DNA of 63,568 nt, counting the filler, from Octopus bimaculoides (Eukaryota), in assembly GCF_001194135.2 (NCBI RefSeq). It is 11 parts of 11 records of this genome, joined end to end, with 100 filler letters (N's around TTAATTAATTAA, not from the genome) between each part and the next. Parts side by side here need not be neighbours in the genome. Positions count along the whole stretch, not along the records: positions 25,756 to 28,508 come from NC_068997.1; positions 28,609 to 36,075 come from NC_069000.1; positions 36,176 to 46,809 come from NC_068982.1; 8 more parts are not named here. One strand, given 5' to 3'. The position numbers and the translations under genes are program-made. The notes below the pieces were generated by a model that saw nothing but the letters and a program-made list of their open reading frames with translations, did no database searches and was not told the DNA's origin. Shown piece by piece: positions 26,115 to 37,890 of the stretch; the first letter of the stretch is position 1, and each line of letters starts with the position of its first letter.

Positions 26115-27056
26115 NNNNNNNNNNNNNNNNNNNNNNNNNNNNNNNNNNNNNNNNNNNNNNNNNNNNNNNNNNNNNNNNNNNNNNNNNNNNNNNNNNNNNN
26201 NNNNNNNNNNNNNNNNNNNNNNNNNNNNNNNNNNNNNNNNNNNNNNNNNNNNNNNNNNNNNNNNNNNNNNNNNNNNNNNNNNNNNNNNNNNNNNNNNNNN
26301 NNNNNNNNNNNNNNNNNNNNNNNNNNNNNNNNNNNNNNNNNNNNNNNNNNNNNNNNNNNNNNNNNNNNNNNNNNNNNNNNNNNNNNNNNNNNNNNNNNNN
26401 NNNNNNNNNNNNNNNNNNNNNNNNNNNNNNNNNNNNNNNNNNNNNNNNNNNNNNNNNNNNNNNNNNNNNNNNNNNNNNNNNNNNNNNNNNNNNNNNNNNN
26501 NNNNNNNNNNNNNNNNNNNNNNNNNNNNNNNNNNNNNNNNNNNNNNNNNNNNNNNNNNNNNNNNNNNNNNNNNNNNNNNNNNNNNNNNNNNNNNNNNNNN
26601 NNNNNNNNNNNNNTATATATATATATATGCATATAAATATACATGCATAAATATATACATACATGCACGCATATTCATACACACACACACACATATAGAC
26701 ATTCCTGTAAGTTTGATTCCATAATTTCCATTCACTGTCTTCAAGTTCCGTGGCTCAGGAACCGAAGCTTCAAAACGTTTCTACTTTTATTTATACCGAG
26801 CAAATAGATAGGTAGATAAATAGATAGATAAATAGATAGGTAGATAGACGGCCAAACGGCCAGACAGACAGACTTATATGAATATGGTGGGATGTAATCG
26901 TTCATACAAAGCCCGTCCTGTTCCATTCTTTGAAAATTCTGATGATATTAGCAGGAGCAGTGTTCTAATAGGCAATGTTTTAAGAAATAATTATATCTAC
27001 TCCCTATCATACATTGAGTGGTACAATGAGCAGCCCACAACAATTATACGTACATA

Positions 27057-27241
27057 GATTCTTTTCTACTCTAGGTACAAGGCTCGAAATTTTGGCATGC
27101 AATTGGTACTTAATTTATCGGCCACGAAAGGGTGAAAGGCAAAGCCGACTTCGGCGGAATTTGAACTCAGAACGTAAAGACAGACGAAATACTGCTAAGC
27201 ATTTCGCCCGGCGTGCTAACGTTTCTGCCACCTCGCCGCCT
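27057..27241 (-). mobile_element. SINE family A with 13-bp TSD
   Basis: Reverse complement of 19879-20086 with an internal deletion. TSD ttatacgtacata at 27044-27056 and 27242-27254. Confidence 0.88.
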
Positions 27242-27619
27242 TTATACGTACATATATTAAATACTTGTGTAGGTATACATGTATATATAAACTGAACGTA
27301 AAACTTTTTAATAGACATCAACTTCAATATTTCATATATTGTAAACATGAAGTCCTGAGAGCTTAAAATTAAACATGTATACATACATGTGCGCGAATTG
27401 TGTGTACGGGCCTGCGTGCATGCAGTTATAGAGACGACGTCTTTCTGTGTCTAAAACGTCTTTTAGTACACGTCTTCATACACACACACACATATATCAA
27501 AACACACTCACACACCCACACGCAATAATTAAAAAAAACACAGATAATCATCGAGTTGTATAAATATATATCTATCTGATAATATATTAAATATACATCC
27601 ATGTATAAACATATATCAG

Positions 27620-27650
<31 letters not shown>

Positions 27651-27744
27651 TATATATATTATATATATACACATTGTATATATTATATATACACATTATA
27701 TATATATTGTATATATATTATGTATATACACATTATATATATAT

Positions 27745-27775
<31 letters not shown>

Positions 27776-28030
27776 CATTATATATATATATATTATATAT
27801 ATATATATATACACATTATATATATATATATTATATATATATATATATATATACACATTATATATATATATTATATGTATATTATATATATATGCATATA
27901 TAATTATATATTACATAATATATATACATGTATATGTTATATATATGCATATATAATTATATATATAATATATATAAGCATATGTAATTATACATCGTAT
28001 AATATTGTATATACATTATATAATATATAC

Positions 28031-28065
<35 letters not shown>

Positions 28066-28442
28066 TATAATATATACAAGATTAACGATTCACCACAATT
28101 GTAGATTGGAAAGGCGACGTTGGCTCCAGACAAACTGCTTCTTACGTATATATACACACACACATACATATATACACACATTCGCACACACTTATACATA
28201 AACAGTTATATATATATACATATGTAATCAGCATATGCAGAATTATACACATATTTACACGATATACACAACTAAGCTTATATATATAAACATATATACA
28301 TACATATGTATTATGTATAATACACTCACGCATACAGAGCTATATGTGTGTATATTTACGTATATTTATATATTTACACACATACACACACACGTTTCTT
28401 TGTTACAGACATGATAAACAATAAACAGAAAAGTGGAATATT

Positions 28443-28508
<66 letters not shown>

Positions 28509-28641
28509 NNNNNNNNNNNNNNNNNNNNNNNNNNNNNNNNNNNNNNNNNNNNTTAATTAATTAANNNNNNNNNNNNNNNNNNNNNNNNNNNNNNNNNNNN
28601 NNNNNNNNTATATATATATATATGCACACACACACACACAC

Positions 28642-28684
<43 letters not shown>

Positions 28685-28698
28685 TATGCATATGTGGG

Positions 28699-28985
28699 TA
28701 CAGGATGTCACCAACAGTAAACGACATGAAATATGAAAACAAATGAGTTCAATATGCAAACAACGAGAGAAACAAATGGAAAACAGGGCAAGTAACATAA
28801 AGAACGACCCTTCATGAGTTGTCGCCTGTCTATTTCGAAGTGGGGAGTAGATAGACAGCTGACAACTGATGAAGGGTCGTTCTTTATGTTATTTGTCCTA
28901 TTTACCATTTGTTTCTCTCATTGTTTGCCTATTGAACTCATTTGCTTTCATATTTAATGTCGTTTACTGTTAGTGACATCCTGTA
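28699..28985. repeat. Palindrome with 135-bp arms (28699-28833 and 28851-28985) and 17-nt loop
   Basis: Arms are reverse complements with scattered mismatches. The right arm carries CTGATGAAGGG at 28866. Confidence 0.9.
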
Positions 28986-29084
28986 TTCATATTTTGCATG
29001 TGAGTATTATTTATATTATATATATGTAGGTCACAAAATATATAATTTGAGATTCCATTTTTCCTTATAGGAATTGAAAAGTAA

Positions 29085-29640
29085 ATTAAGTATAAGGCTG
29101 GAAAGGGAAGTGCTCAAGTAAAAACCAAGACAAAAGACAAACTTAGTGGTTAAAAAATAAACAACATAATTGGTCATACAACTTCAAATCATCCCCATGG
29201 ACTTTCAAAGTCCATATGTAACTAGCCGACTTAGTAGTTACTAACTTGGCTAGCTATTTATGGACCTAGAAAGATACTGAAACACCACATGTGATTAAAT
29301 CGAAAGTAATTGAGAAATCTATACCTTATGTGAATGGATAGAGTAAATGTAGACTTTGTTTGACTGAAGGAGCACAGATCCTGTTCAGACCTAAGATCCT
29401 TAACTCTCTATTGTTCTCCAGCTCAGAAATTTTCAGTGGTTACATACATATGTATTTATACATATGTATAAATATATTTTGAAGAATTAGAAAATTCCAC
29501 CTATTCCTGACTGACTTGATATTTTTTCAGCCTTATCATTTAAGGTCTAAGACATCTGATGAAGGCTGGAGGGTATATCAGCTGAAACGTGTTAACAACA
29601 AACAAGATGAGGACAAATATCCATCAAATGTCAATAATGT
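29085..29640 (+). mobile_element. Penelope-like element 3' fragment (GIY-YIG endonuclease C-terminus and hammerhead-like tail)
   Basis: IGHTTSN near 29170. From 29243: LASYLWT*KDTE...KVIEKSIPYVNG*SKCRLCLTE...ILNS...SEIFS, matching the Penelope-type C-x2-C-L-x-E-K...LN-x-RSE pattern. CTGATGA-A-GGCTG..CAGCT-GAAAC at 29556-29588. Confidence 0.8.
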
Positions 29641-30372
29641 AGTACAATGGTTTAGCATTTTTCAAAAGTGTAGTAAGTTCCACATATGACAGTTTTGAAA
29701 AAATATTTCTGACTGAAAATTTCATATATGCAAGGAGTTACAATTTTATGCACCCAACAAAGTATTGTTGTTAAGCTGAAACTGTTGCTATGGATAAAGA
29801 AATGGAATGGTGAAACCAATTTTTCATTTTCTGAAAAAGCAACGTTTTGAACACTTTTGCATAATGGCAACAATATGTTTATATCCAAAAAGTCTGACTT
29901 ACACAGAATACAAATGATATAGAGAATTAAAGTGGCTGAGGAAAAGTATTAGAGATCCAACAGCTGTTTCTGGGGGTTCATTAATCCAAAATAATGTTTG
30001 TAGATGAATTCCATTGCTTATGAAAAAAGAAACAATATTAGCTACCAATTAAATTTGTTTTTATTATCCAGGATAATTGGAGGATTTCAAGAAGTGAGCT
30101 TCATATTTATAAATGATACAGTGATCATGAATAACATACAACTATTGCCATTCCAAGTAAATTCTGTAACTGCTCACATGTTTCCCTTCTTACTAATAAC
30201 GAGTCAAAGATATACCAAAAATCTTACTTATCACTAGTTCGAATGTTTGTGTATCAGGCCCATGCAAAGCTGGAAAAAGGCCTAGAGCAGATGGGAAATT
30301 TGGGCCTCAGTTCAGAGTGCTTATCAGGTATTTTACTAACCAGTGCTAAATATATATGTATGGGTTATGGTA

Positions 30373-30426
<54 letters not shown>

Positions 30427-31550
30427 NNNNNNNNNNNNNNNNNNNNNNNNNNNNNNNNNNNNNNNNNNNNNNNNNNNNNNNNNNNNNNNNNNNNNNNNNN
30501 NNNNNNNNNNNNNNNNNNNNNNNNNNNNNNNNNNNNNNNNNNNNNNNNNNNNNNNNNNNNNNNNNNNNNNNNNNNNNNNNNNNNNNNNNNNNNNNNNNNN
30601 NNNNNNNNNNNNNNNNNNNNNNNNNNNNNNNNNNNNNNNNNNNNNNNNNNNNNNNNNNNNNNNNNNNNNNNNNNNNNNNNNNNNNNNNNNNNNNNNNNNN
30701 NNNNNNNNNNNNNNNNNNNNNNNNNNNNNNNNNNNNNNNNNNNNNNNNNNNNNNNNNNNNNNNNNNNNNNNNNNNNNNNNNNNNNNNNNNNNNNNNNNNN
30801 NNNNNNNNNNNNNNNNNNNNNNNNNNNNNNNNNNNNNNNNNNNNNNNNNNNNNNNNNNNNNNNNNNNNNNNNNNNNNNNNNNNNNNNNNNNNNNNNNNNN
30901 NNNNNNNNNNNNNNNNNNNNNNNNNNNNNNNNNNNNNNNNNNNNNNNNNNNNNNNNNNNNNNNNNNNNNNNNNNNNNNNNNNNNNNNNNNNNNNNNNNNN
31001 NNNNNNNNNNNNNNNNNNNNNNNNNNNNNNNNNNNNNNNNNNNNNNNNNNNNNNNNNNNNNNNNNNNNNNNNNNNNNNNNNNNNNNNNNNNNNNNNNNNN
31101 NNNNNNNNNNNNNNNNNNNNNNNNNNNNNNNNNNNNNNNNNNNNNNNNNNNNNNATATATACATCAATATATATATAACTTTTATAAGTAATATTCTAAG
31201 AAAATATATAACTGAAATTATATTGAGTGCTCAATTATTTTGAGCAAATAAATGTGTATATACAAAATTTTATATTATTAATAAATTCATAAACTTGTCA
31301 ATAATATACTCAGGAAATCAATATTTAATATTTCGAAAGATATATATCCAATATGACATGGTAATATAATAAATTTAAAATTTAAAATATAAATATGCGA
31401 AATATAAATATAAATATGTATAAAAATATGAATGTCGATAAATATATGTGTGAATATAAATGCGTATAAAAATGTATGCGTAATTAAGCATGAATATTGT
31501 AAAGTCTAAAATATAAAATATAAAAAAACCTAAAATTTAAAGAGTTAAAT

Positions 31551-31636
31551 ATCTGACGACCGTTTCGCGGATATTACTATAATCACAAAGTGATCAAAAG
31601 ATCAGCTTACTATCAGTAATTCCACTCTTCGGAGAT
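31551..31636 (-). ncRNA. Hammerhead-like motif (U4C variant) with 11-bp stem II
   Basis: AUCU-CCGAAGA-GUGGAAUUACU..long loop..AGUAAUAUCCGC-GAAA-C gguc G-UC-AGAU. Confidence 0.7.
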
Positions 31637-31935
31637 GAATTAAGAACCAATGGTATATATATATTATTAATTAAAACATGTATATATATATACATCTATA
31701 TATATTCATATATATACATAGATATATATATATGTACACATATATATACACATATATACATGCATACATATATATATATTCATACATATATACACATATA
31801 TAGTATCAAGTAAAGGTAATAAACCTCATTAAGGGATGATAAATCCAATGAAAATATTGGTTAGTTACCAATCTATAGAAAGATCAACCATAAGGTAACC
31901 ATTTAAACCGTGTTTCATATATATATATTTAAAGA

Positions 31936-32335
31936 ATAAGGAGAAAATGGAGAGGCAATTAGTAAAATTATTTATTAATTATTAAATATGACAACATCTC
32001 TGACAGTTGCTTTGATTCAGAAATCATTAGATAATTAATTTATAAAGTTAAAATCATTATAAGGTGAATCTCTTCAGAGGTAGTGAGGATATACTTATTA
32101 GAAATACATGTTGAAATAATGGCTATGAAACTCTTAACGGTTTCATAGCCATTATCTTAACATGTATTTTTAATTGGTATATCCTCACTACCTATGAAGA
32201 GATTCACCTTATAATGACTTTAATTTTATAAATTAATTATCTAATGATTTCTGAATTGAAGTAGCTGTCAGAGATGTTGCCATATTTTATAATTAATAAA
32301 TAATTTTATTAATTACCTCTCCATTTTCTCCTTAT
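31936..32335. repeat. Palindrome with 196-bp arms and 8-nt loop; each arm carries a decayed hammerhead
   Basis: Arms 31936-32131 and 32140-32335 differ at about 16 positions by eye. Motifs at 31998-32080(-) CUGAAGA-GAUUCA..UGAAUC-AAAG-CAACU-GUC-AGAG and 32191-32273(+) AUGAAGA-GAUUCA..UGAAUU-GAAG-UAGCU-GUC-AGAG. Confidence 0.92.
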
Positions 32336-32359
32336 CATATATATACATANNNNNNNNNN

Positions 32360-32391
<32 letters not shown>

Positions 32392-32489
32392 TACATATAT
32401 ACATATATACATATATACATATATACATATATATACACACACAGAGTCATATATATATATGTATATATATATATATGTATATATATATA

Positions 32490-34680
32490 TAAAGAGCAAG
32501 AATATGATTCTGAAGGAATGTCTTTGTGAACTAGCATATGTCTTTTAAGTTCAGATATTGTCTTACAAGTTTTTTGACATCTGACAAGTCATAAGAGTTG
32601 GTTGGTGTTCAAGATCATTACCTATCTGGGCATTACGATTTTCATGTAACTTCATATGGTTCATGTATCCTGCTTTTGATAACAGAACATGGTCACATAT
32701 AATACACATCCAATGTTCACTGTTGATTACAGTTCTGATTGTTCCTTTGCGACAGGCCCTTTTAAGTTCAGAGTGCTGAATCATCATTTCCTCCCAGGCA
32801 TTGCAATAAGTCCTAACAGCACCTCTCCACTTGTTCCGATCTAGAGTATCATTTTCCCAATCACCTTTGTTCATATCTAGTTTCTTCAGGTTTTCCTTTA
32901 CACAGTCTTTATACCTTTTCCTCAGCTTATGTTGTGGTCGCTTATCAGAGTTGAGCTCACCATAAAAAAGACGCTTTGGCAAACGCTCATCTTTCATTCT
33001 AATAACATGTCCAGTCCATCTCATTTGAGCCAAGATAACATGTTGTTCAATTGAGCTACAATGTGCCATGCACAAAACCTCTGTATCTGATATGAAACAT
33101 TCCCACTTCACCTCTAAGATACATCTGAGGCACTTTTGATGAAATCTCTCCAGCATTTTTATGTGATGCTTGTAAGTGGTCCTCGACTCACTTGAATAAA
33201 GAAGAGCAGTCAATACACACGCTTTATAAACACTGATTTTTGTCTGCAGGAGAATCCCTCTATCCGCCCATACTCACTTTTTGAGCTCTCAAAACGCAAC
33301 ACTTCCCTCCCTTATTCGATAGTATATCTCTGCATCAAGCCTACCATCTCTTGACAGTGTGCTTCCTAGGTAAACAAAGGTAAAAACAGGAGTAAAAATT
33401 ACTTTGGTTTTCCCCAAACTAATTGTGAGTCTGAAATGTACAAATGCAGTGGAAAATCTATCCATTAAATGTTGCATATCCCTCTCTGAGTGTGCCAACA
33501 AATCAGCATCATCAGAAAAAGTAATTCTCTGACAAATCTTTTGAAAGTCTTTGCTTTGCAGTTAAACCGGGTCAAATTAAAAATACAACCAGATGTCTGA
33601 AATCTGATTCCAATTCCTCTGTTGCAATCCTTGAAAGCATACCAAAATAATACAGCAAAATAAATAGAGAAAGTGTAGGGGCAGGAATATCTCCCTGTTT
33701 GACACCATTGTCCACCGAAAATTCATGAGATAGCTCACCATTAAAGACTACCTGAGCTTTCATGTTTCTGTGTAGTTCCTTAAAAATGCTCACAAAATGT
33801 GTTGGACGACCAAGTTTACACAAAACAATCCAGAGTGCCTCCCTATTTACCAAGTCAAATGCCTTTATTAAATCTATGAAGATCTCGTGTAGTGGTATTT
33901 GTTCCTCTAACCATTTCTCTTGCACCTGCTTCACAGAAAATGTCATGTCCATTGTTCCTCGCTCACTGTTCTTCAGGAATCACATGTGGACACACATTCT
34001 CAACATGATGATCTAACATGATCCTTGAAAGTATCTTCCCAGTATGTGCCAGAAGAATTATCTCTCTAGAATTACCACATATTGCTTTCAGGCCATTACA
34101 CTTGTATACATAGATTCGAATGCCATTATCCATACTTGTGGCACAGAAGATTCATTCCTAACTCGAGTTATCAGGTTATGAATTTCAGATGAAATATGAT
34201 CTCCACTTGCTTTCAGAATTTCAACTGGAATACCATCCAATCCAAGAGCTTTACCTGATCTCAGTTCACATAATGCCAGATTTACTTCTTCAATGGAAGG
34301 TGTATCATCCATGTGTTGCACTATCTCTCTTTGCAGAATGCTGTTTATGATATCTATGTTCACTACAGGTGGATTGTGGAAAAGATTTGCAAAGTGTTTT
34401 CTCCATCTATTCATTATTCCAGGAGGATCTTTAATAACCCCATTTCCATCTTTCGACTTCAAGAGAACATATGATGATGAAGATTGTGGTCCAAAAGTTT
34501 GCCGCAATAAACTATAGAAACTTTTAATGTCTTTCCTGTCATAGGTTGCCTGTACTTCCTCGGACAAATTTCTCCACCAAGTGTCGTTAAACCTTCTGAA
34601 TTCTTTTTGCAACTCTACTTTCTGACCAACTTTTCTAATTGCACTTTGTTCCTAATGTTTGAGTCAAGAAGCTTTTCATG
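32490..34680 (-). mobile_element. RTE-clade (BovB-like) LINE, 5'-truncated, frameshifted
   Basis: KALGLDGIPVEILK; FIDLIKAFDLVNREALW; NGVKQGDIPAPTL; FVYLGSTLSRDG; QMRWTGHVIRMKDERLPKRLFYGEL; C-terminal CIICDHVLLSKAGYMNHMKLH. Confidence 0.93.
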
Positions 34681-34682
34681 AG

Positions 34683-34913
34683 TCCGCTTTCCATGCTAGC
34701 ATGGGTTGGACGATTTGACTGAGGACTGGTGAAACCGGATGGCAACACCAGGCTCCAATCTAAATTTGGCAGAGTTTCTACAGCTGGATGCCCTTCCTAA
34801 CGCCAACCACTCAAAGAGTGTAGTGGGTGCTTTTACGTGTCACCCGCACGAAGGCCAGTCAGGCAGTACTGGCAACGGCCACGCTCGAAATGGTGTCTTT
34901 TATGTGCTACTCG

Positions 34914-34916
<3 letters not shown>
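34683..34916. mobile_element. Interspersed repeat (RTE-tail/SINE-like)
   Basis: Contains the ggatgcccttcctaacgccaacc motif and abuts the truncated RTE. Family assignment is from recall only. Confidence 0.5.
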
Positions 34917-34945
<29 letters not shown>

Positions 34946-35134
34946 CTGAATTAACAGATGAATGTATGATCAAGTGGTAGCAAGTATGAGTGTATTTTTT
35001 TAATATATACATAAGTTTTCTCAGTCTTATATATAACTTATACATTTTGTACTTTATTTAAATTGTAATTTACTCCTTAATCTCTATTTATTGACTATTC
35101 ATTACCCTAGTTATATTTGCGTACTATATCTGGT

Positions 35135-35248
35135 GAGATGGTGTGATGGTGGTTTCTATGGCATTGAGGTAGATCCGGCTACCCCCGTTAATGGGGACAA
35201 AACCTGGATTTAAAACACTGGATGATGATGATGATGATGATGATGATC
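35135..35248 (+). mobile_element. LINE/SINE 3' end with (GAT)n tail
   Basis: ...aatggggacaaaacctggatttaaaacactg followed by (GAT)9. Confidence 0.5.
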
Positions 35249-35376
35249 TTACTTACAACTAATCTGTAACCCCCTTGCCTAGACATATACCATTACCAAT
35301 GATAAACAGTATTATTCAGTCTGCTGTGATGATTCAAGAAACTAACACACAAAATATCTGAGGGTATATTTTTCCT

Positions 35377-35457
35377 CTCTCTGAAGAGATTAAGCTCAGA
35401 AACATGATATTAATACTTATTTAACTTCACTAAGCTTAACTGAAACAGCTGTAATGA
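35377..35457 (+). ncRNA. Hammerhead motif with intact core, palindromic stem III and degraded stem I
   Basis: CUGAAGA(35381)-GAUUAAGCU..loop..AGCUUAACU-GAAA(35442)-C AGCU G-UA. Same ACAGCUGU stem III type as the 32-kb palindrome, and a similar downstream ctccattttct. Confidence 0.65.
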
Positions 35458-35641
35458 TCGCTGTTTTGCTGATAATAAACTCTTATTAACTTAAATATCT
35501 CCATTTTCTTATTCTTCATTTGCATGATCATAAACCATAGTTTATATATAAATATATTATTTTATTAATATTAATGTCCTCTCAAAATATTAGGTATTAA
35601 ACCAGTATTTCCTGGGATGAAGCCAACATAACTTCTATTGG

Positions 35642-35695
<54 letters not shown>

Positions 35696-35749
35696 ACACA
35701 CTCTCACACAAACGCATATATACATACATGCTTATATATATATATATTA

Positions 35750-35940
35750 CTCTTTTATTCTTTTACTTGTTTCAGTCATTTGATTGGGGCCATGTTGGAG
35801 CACTGCCTTTAGTAGAGCAAATCGACCCCAGGACTTATTCTTTGTAAGCCTAGTACTTATTCTATCATTGTCTTTTGCCGAACTGCTAAGTTACGGGGGT
35901 GTAAACACACCAGCATCGGTTGTCAAGCGATGTTGAGGGG
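35750..35940 (-). mobile_element. SINE family B
   Basis: cttttacttgtttcagtcatttg...gagcaaatcgaccccaggacttattctttgtaagcc. Further copies at 36270-36450, 38010-38170(+), 48243-48430 and 49420-49610(+). Confidence 0.85.
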
Positions 35941-36175
35941 ACAAACACAGACACGCAAGCATATACAAACACATACATATATATATATATATATATATGT
36001 ATGTGTTTGTATATGCTTGCGTGTCTGTGTTTGTCCCCTCAACATCGCTTGACAACCGATGCTGGTGTGTTTACANNNNNNNNNNNNNNNNNNNNNNNNN
36101 NNNNNNNNNNNNNNNNNNNTTAATTAATTAANNNNNNNNNNNNNNNNNNNNNNNNNNNNNNNNNNNNNNNNNNNN

Positions 36176-36243
<68 letters not shown>

Positions 36244-36479
36244 GTGTGTGTGTACATATCTCAGTCATTAGACCATGGCTATGCTAGGGCACCACCCTGA
36301 AGAATATTAGTCAGACGAATTGAGTGCAACCTTTTTCTTCACCCTTGTACTCTTTCTATTGGTTTCTTTTGCCGAACATATAAGTTACAGGGACATAAAC
36401 ACACCAACACTGGTTATCCAGCATTGGTGGGGGGAAAAGACAACGACCCTCACACACACACACACACATATATGTATAA

Positions 36480-36890
36480 AGAGAAAGAGAGACAGCAACA
36501 ACAGCATTACCAAGAAGAGTAGCATTTCCTGGACCTGTGATAGATATTTCACATTCCACCCAAAAAGATATGCTTTTGCTATCCAGGAACAGGAAATAGT
36601 TACTAAATACCTGAGAAACAAGAAGGACAAAGTTACCGCCAAATCTCCACGTTATTAAAAAAATATGTCGGCTCTGCCCTAAAATGTCTACGAGGTACTA
36701 TCTGTCCCTCGGGCATGAAATAGCTACATAGACGATTTATGATGCTATCCGTAGGAAGGACTGCCCTGATGCGTACATCAAAGCCACGTCAGAATAAGCA
36801 TGTATTCACACACTTCATAACAAAGAATAGTGGTGGAACACTCCAATAAAAACATCGATTCGGTGCAAACGTACCAGACCTAATATTGTT
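36480..36890 (+). mobile_element. R4/Dong-type LINE fragment (pre-CCHC to REL start)
   Basis: YAFAIQEQEIVTKYL, decayed ..CPKMSTRYYL, WWNTPIKTS..RPNI. Same family as 52551-53000. Confidence 0.75.
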
Positions 36891-36936
36891 CTGTAGGACA
36901 GGGAGCAAAAGTCATGAACTGTTGTAGAAGTCAGCT

Positions 36937-37358
36937 CAGCGCTGGATTAACCATTATGCAAAATAAGTTCGTGCTTAGTGAATCAATGGAAGGAGGGGGA
37001 ATCACAGAAATGATAAATGGTTTACGGCACAAAAGAAATCACCTTAAACTTGCTAAAATAATATTCGGGATGACTCTATTTCTACTAAGTATAAATGCAG
37101 ATGTGTTACCTACGATTAATTTTGAGGATCTGATTAAAAACTTTGCAATTCAAAAAAGTAGGAGGAAACTTTTCAAGTATAAATAAAGAGGAAGTATACA
37201 AAAATAAACATTATTTTCCCTCTTACTGTTTTGTTTCGTTTTGAAAAATAAAAATTTATGGTTTGTTATTGTTTATATTTTGAATTACATAATTTTTTAT
37301 GGGGACACCAAAATCTTTTAAGTGCTTAGGGTCTCGATGAATCTTAATCCGGCTTCTG
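36937..37358 (+). mobile_element. hAT DNA transposon internal-deletion derivative with TIRs and 8-bp TSD
   Basis: TIRs cagcgctggattaa and ttaatccggcttctg. TSD agtcagct (36929-36936) and ggtcagct (37359-37366). Transposase dimerisation end LFLLSINADVL..INFEDLIKNFA..KSRRKLF. Confidence 0.85.
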
Positions 37359-37693
37359 GGTCAGCTACCCAGCGGATTTGAACGTGCACCCACAAGTCCA
37401 GGAAAAAGAGCGCACATATGGTGAGTTAATGCAGAACTTAGAGCTCTTGTACCCCTGTCTACGAATTTTCGTTTGTACCTATTATTATAGGTGTATTACG
37501 TTACGTACCAATGAATTTACACAAAGACGTAGAAATACTAGGTTTTTCAAAGAAAGCGCAAAAGAAACTGACACAAATTCTCCAAATCCAATCTATTAGT
37601 GGCATAATGAAGATTTGTAAGACATTCCAAAGTTTCTCCGTCTTAAATAAGGTTATGTTTATTAAGGACATACACACTCAGGTGTGTGCATTA

Positions 37694-37890
37694 GCAGCTC
37701 AACCAACGCAGCTCAACCAACGCAGCTCAACCAACGCAGCTCAACCAACGCAGCTCAACCAACGCAGCTCAACCAACGCAGCTCAACCAACGCAGCTCAA
37801 CCAACGCAGCTCAACCAACGCAGCTCAACCAACGCAGCTCAACCAACGCAGCTCAACCAACGCAGCTCAACCATTGGCAGCTCAACCAAC
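37694..37890. repeat. 14-bp minisatellite (GCAGCTCAACCAAC) x about 14
   Basis: 12 perfect units, one variant ending CATTG, then one more perfect unit. Confidence 0.95.

Noticed and set aside
29950-29995. Minus-strand GAAACAGCTGTT palindromic stem III
   Set aside because: No CUGANGA core upstream.
34705-34740. CTGAGGA-ctggt-GAAAC
   Set aside because: Stem II cannot form.
35900-36075. Perfect 176-bp palindrome centred on (AT)n
   Set aside because: 100% identical arms, a self-complementary centre and termination at a gap point to a fold-back misassembly; long reads would decide.
37694-37890. CRISPR-like regular repeats
   Set aside because: No spacers, 14-bp unit, eukaryotic context: a minisatellite.
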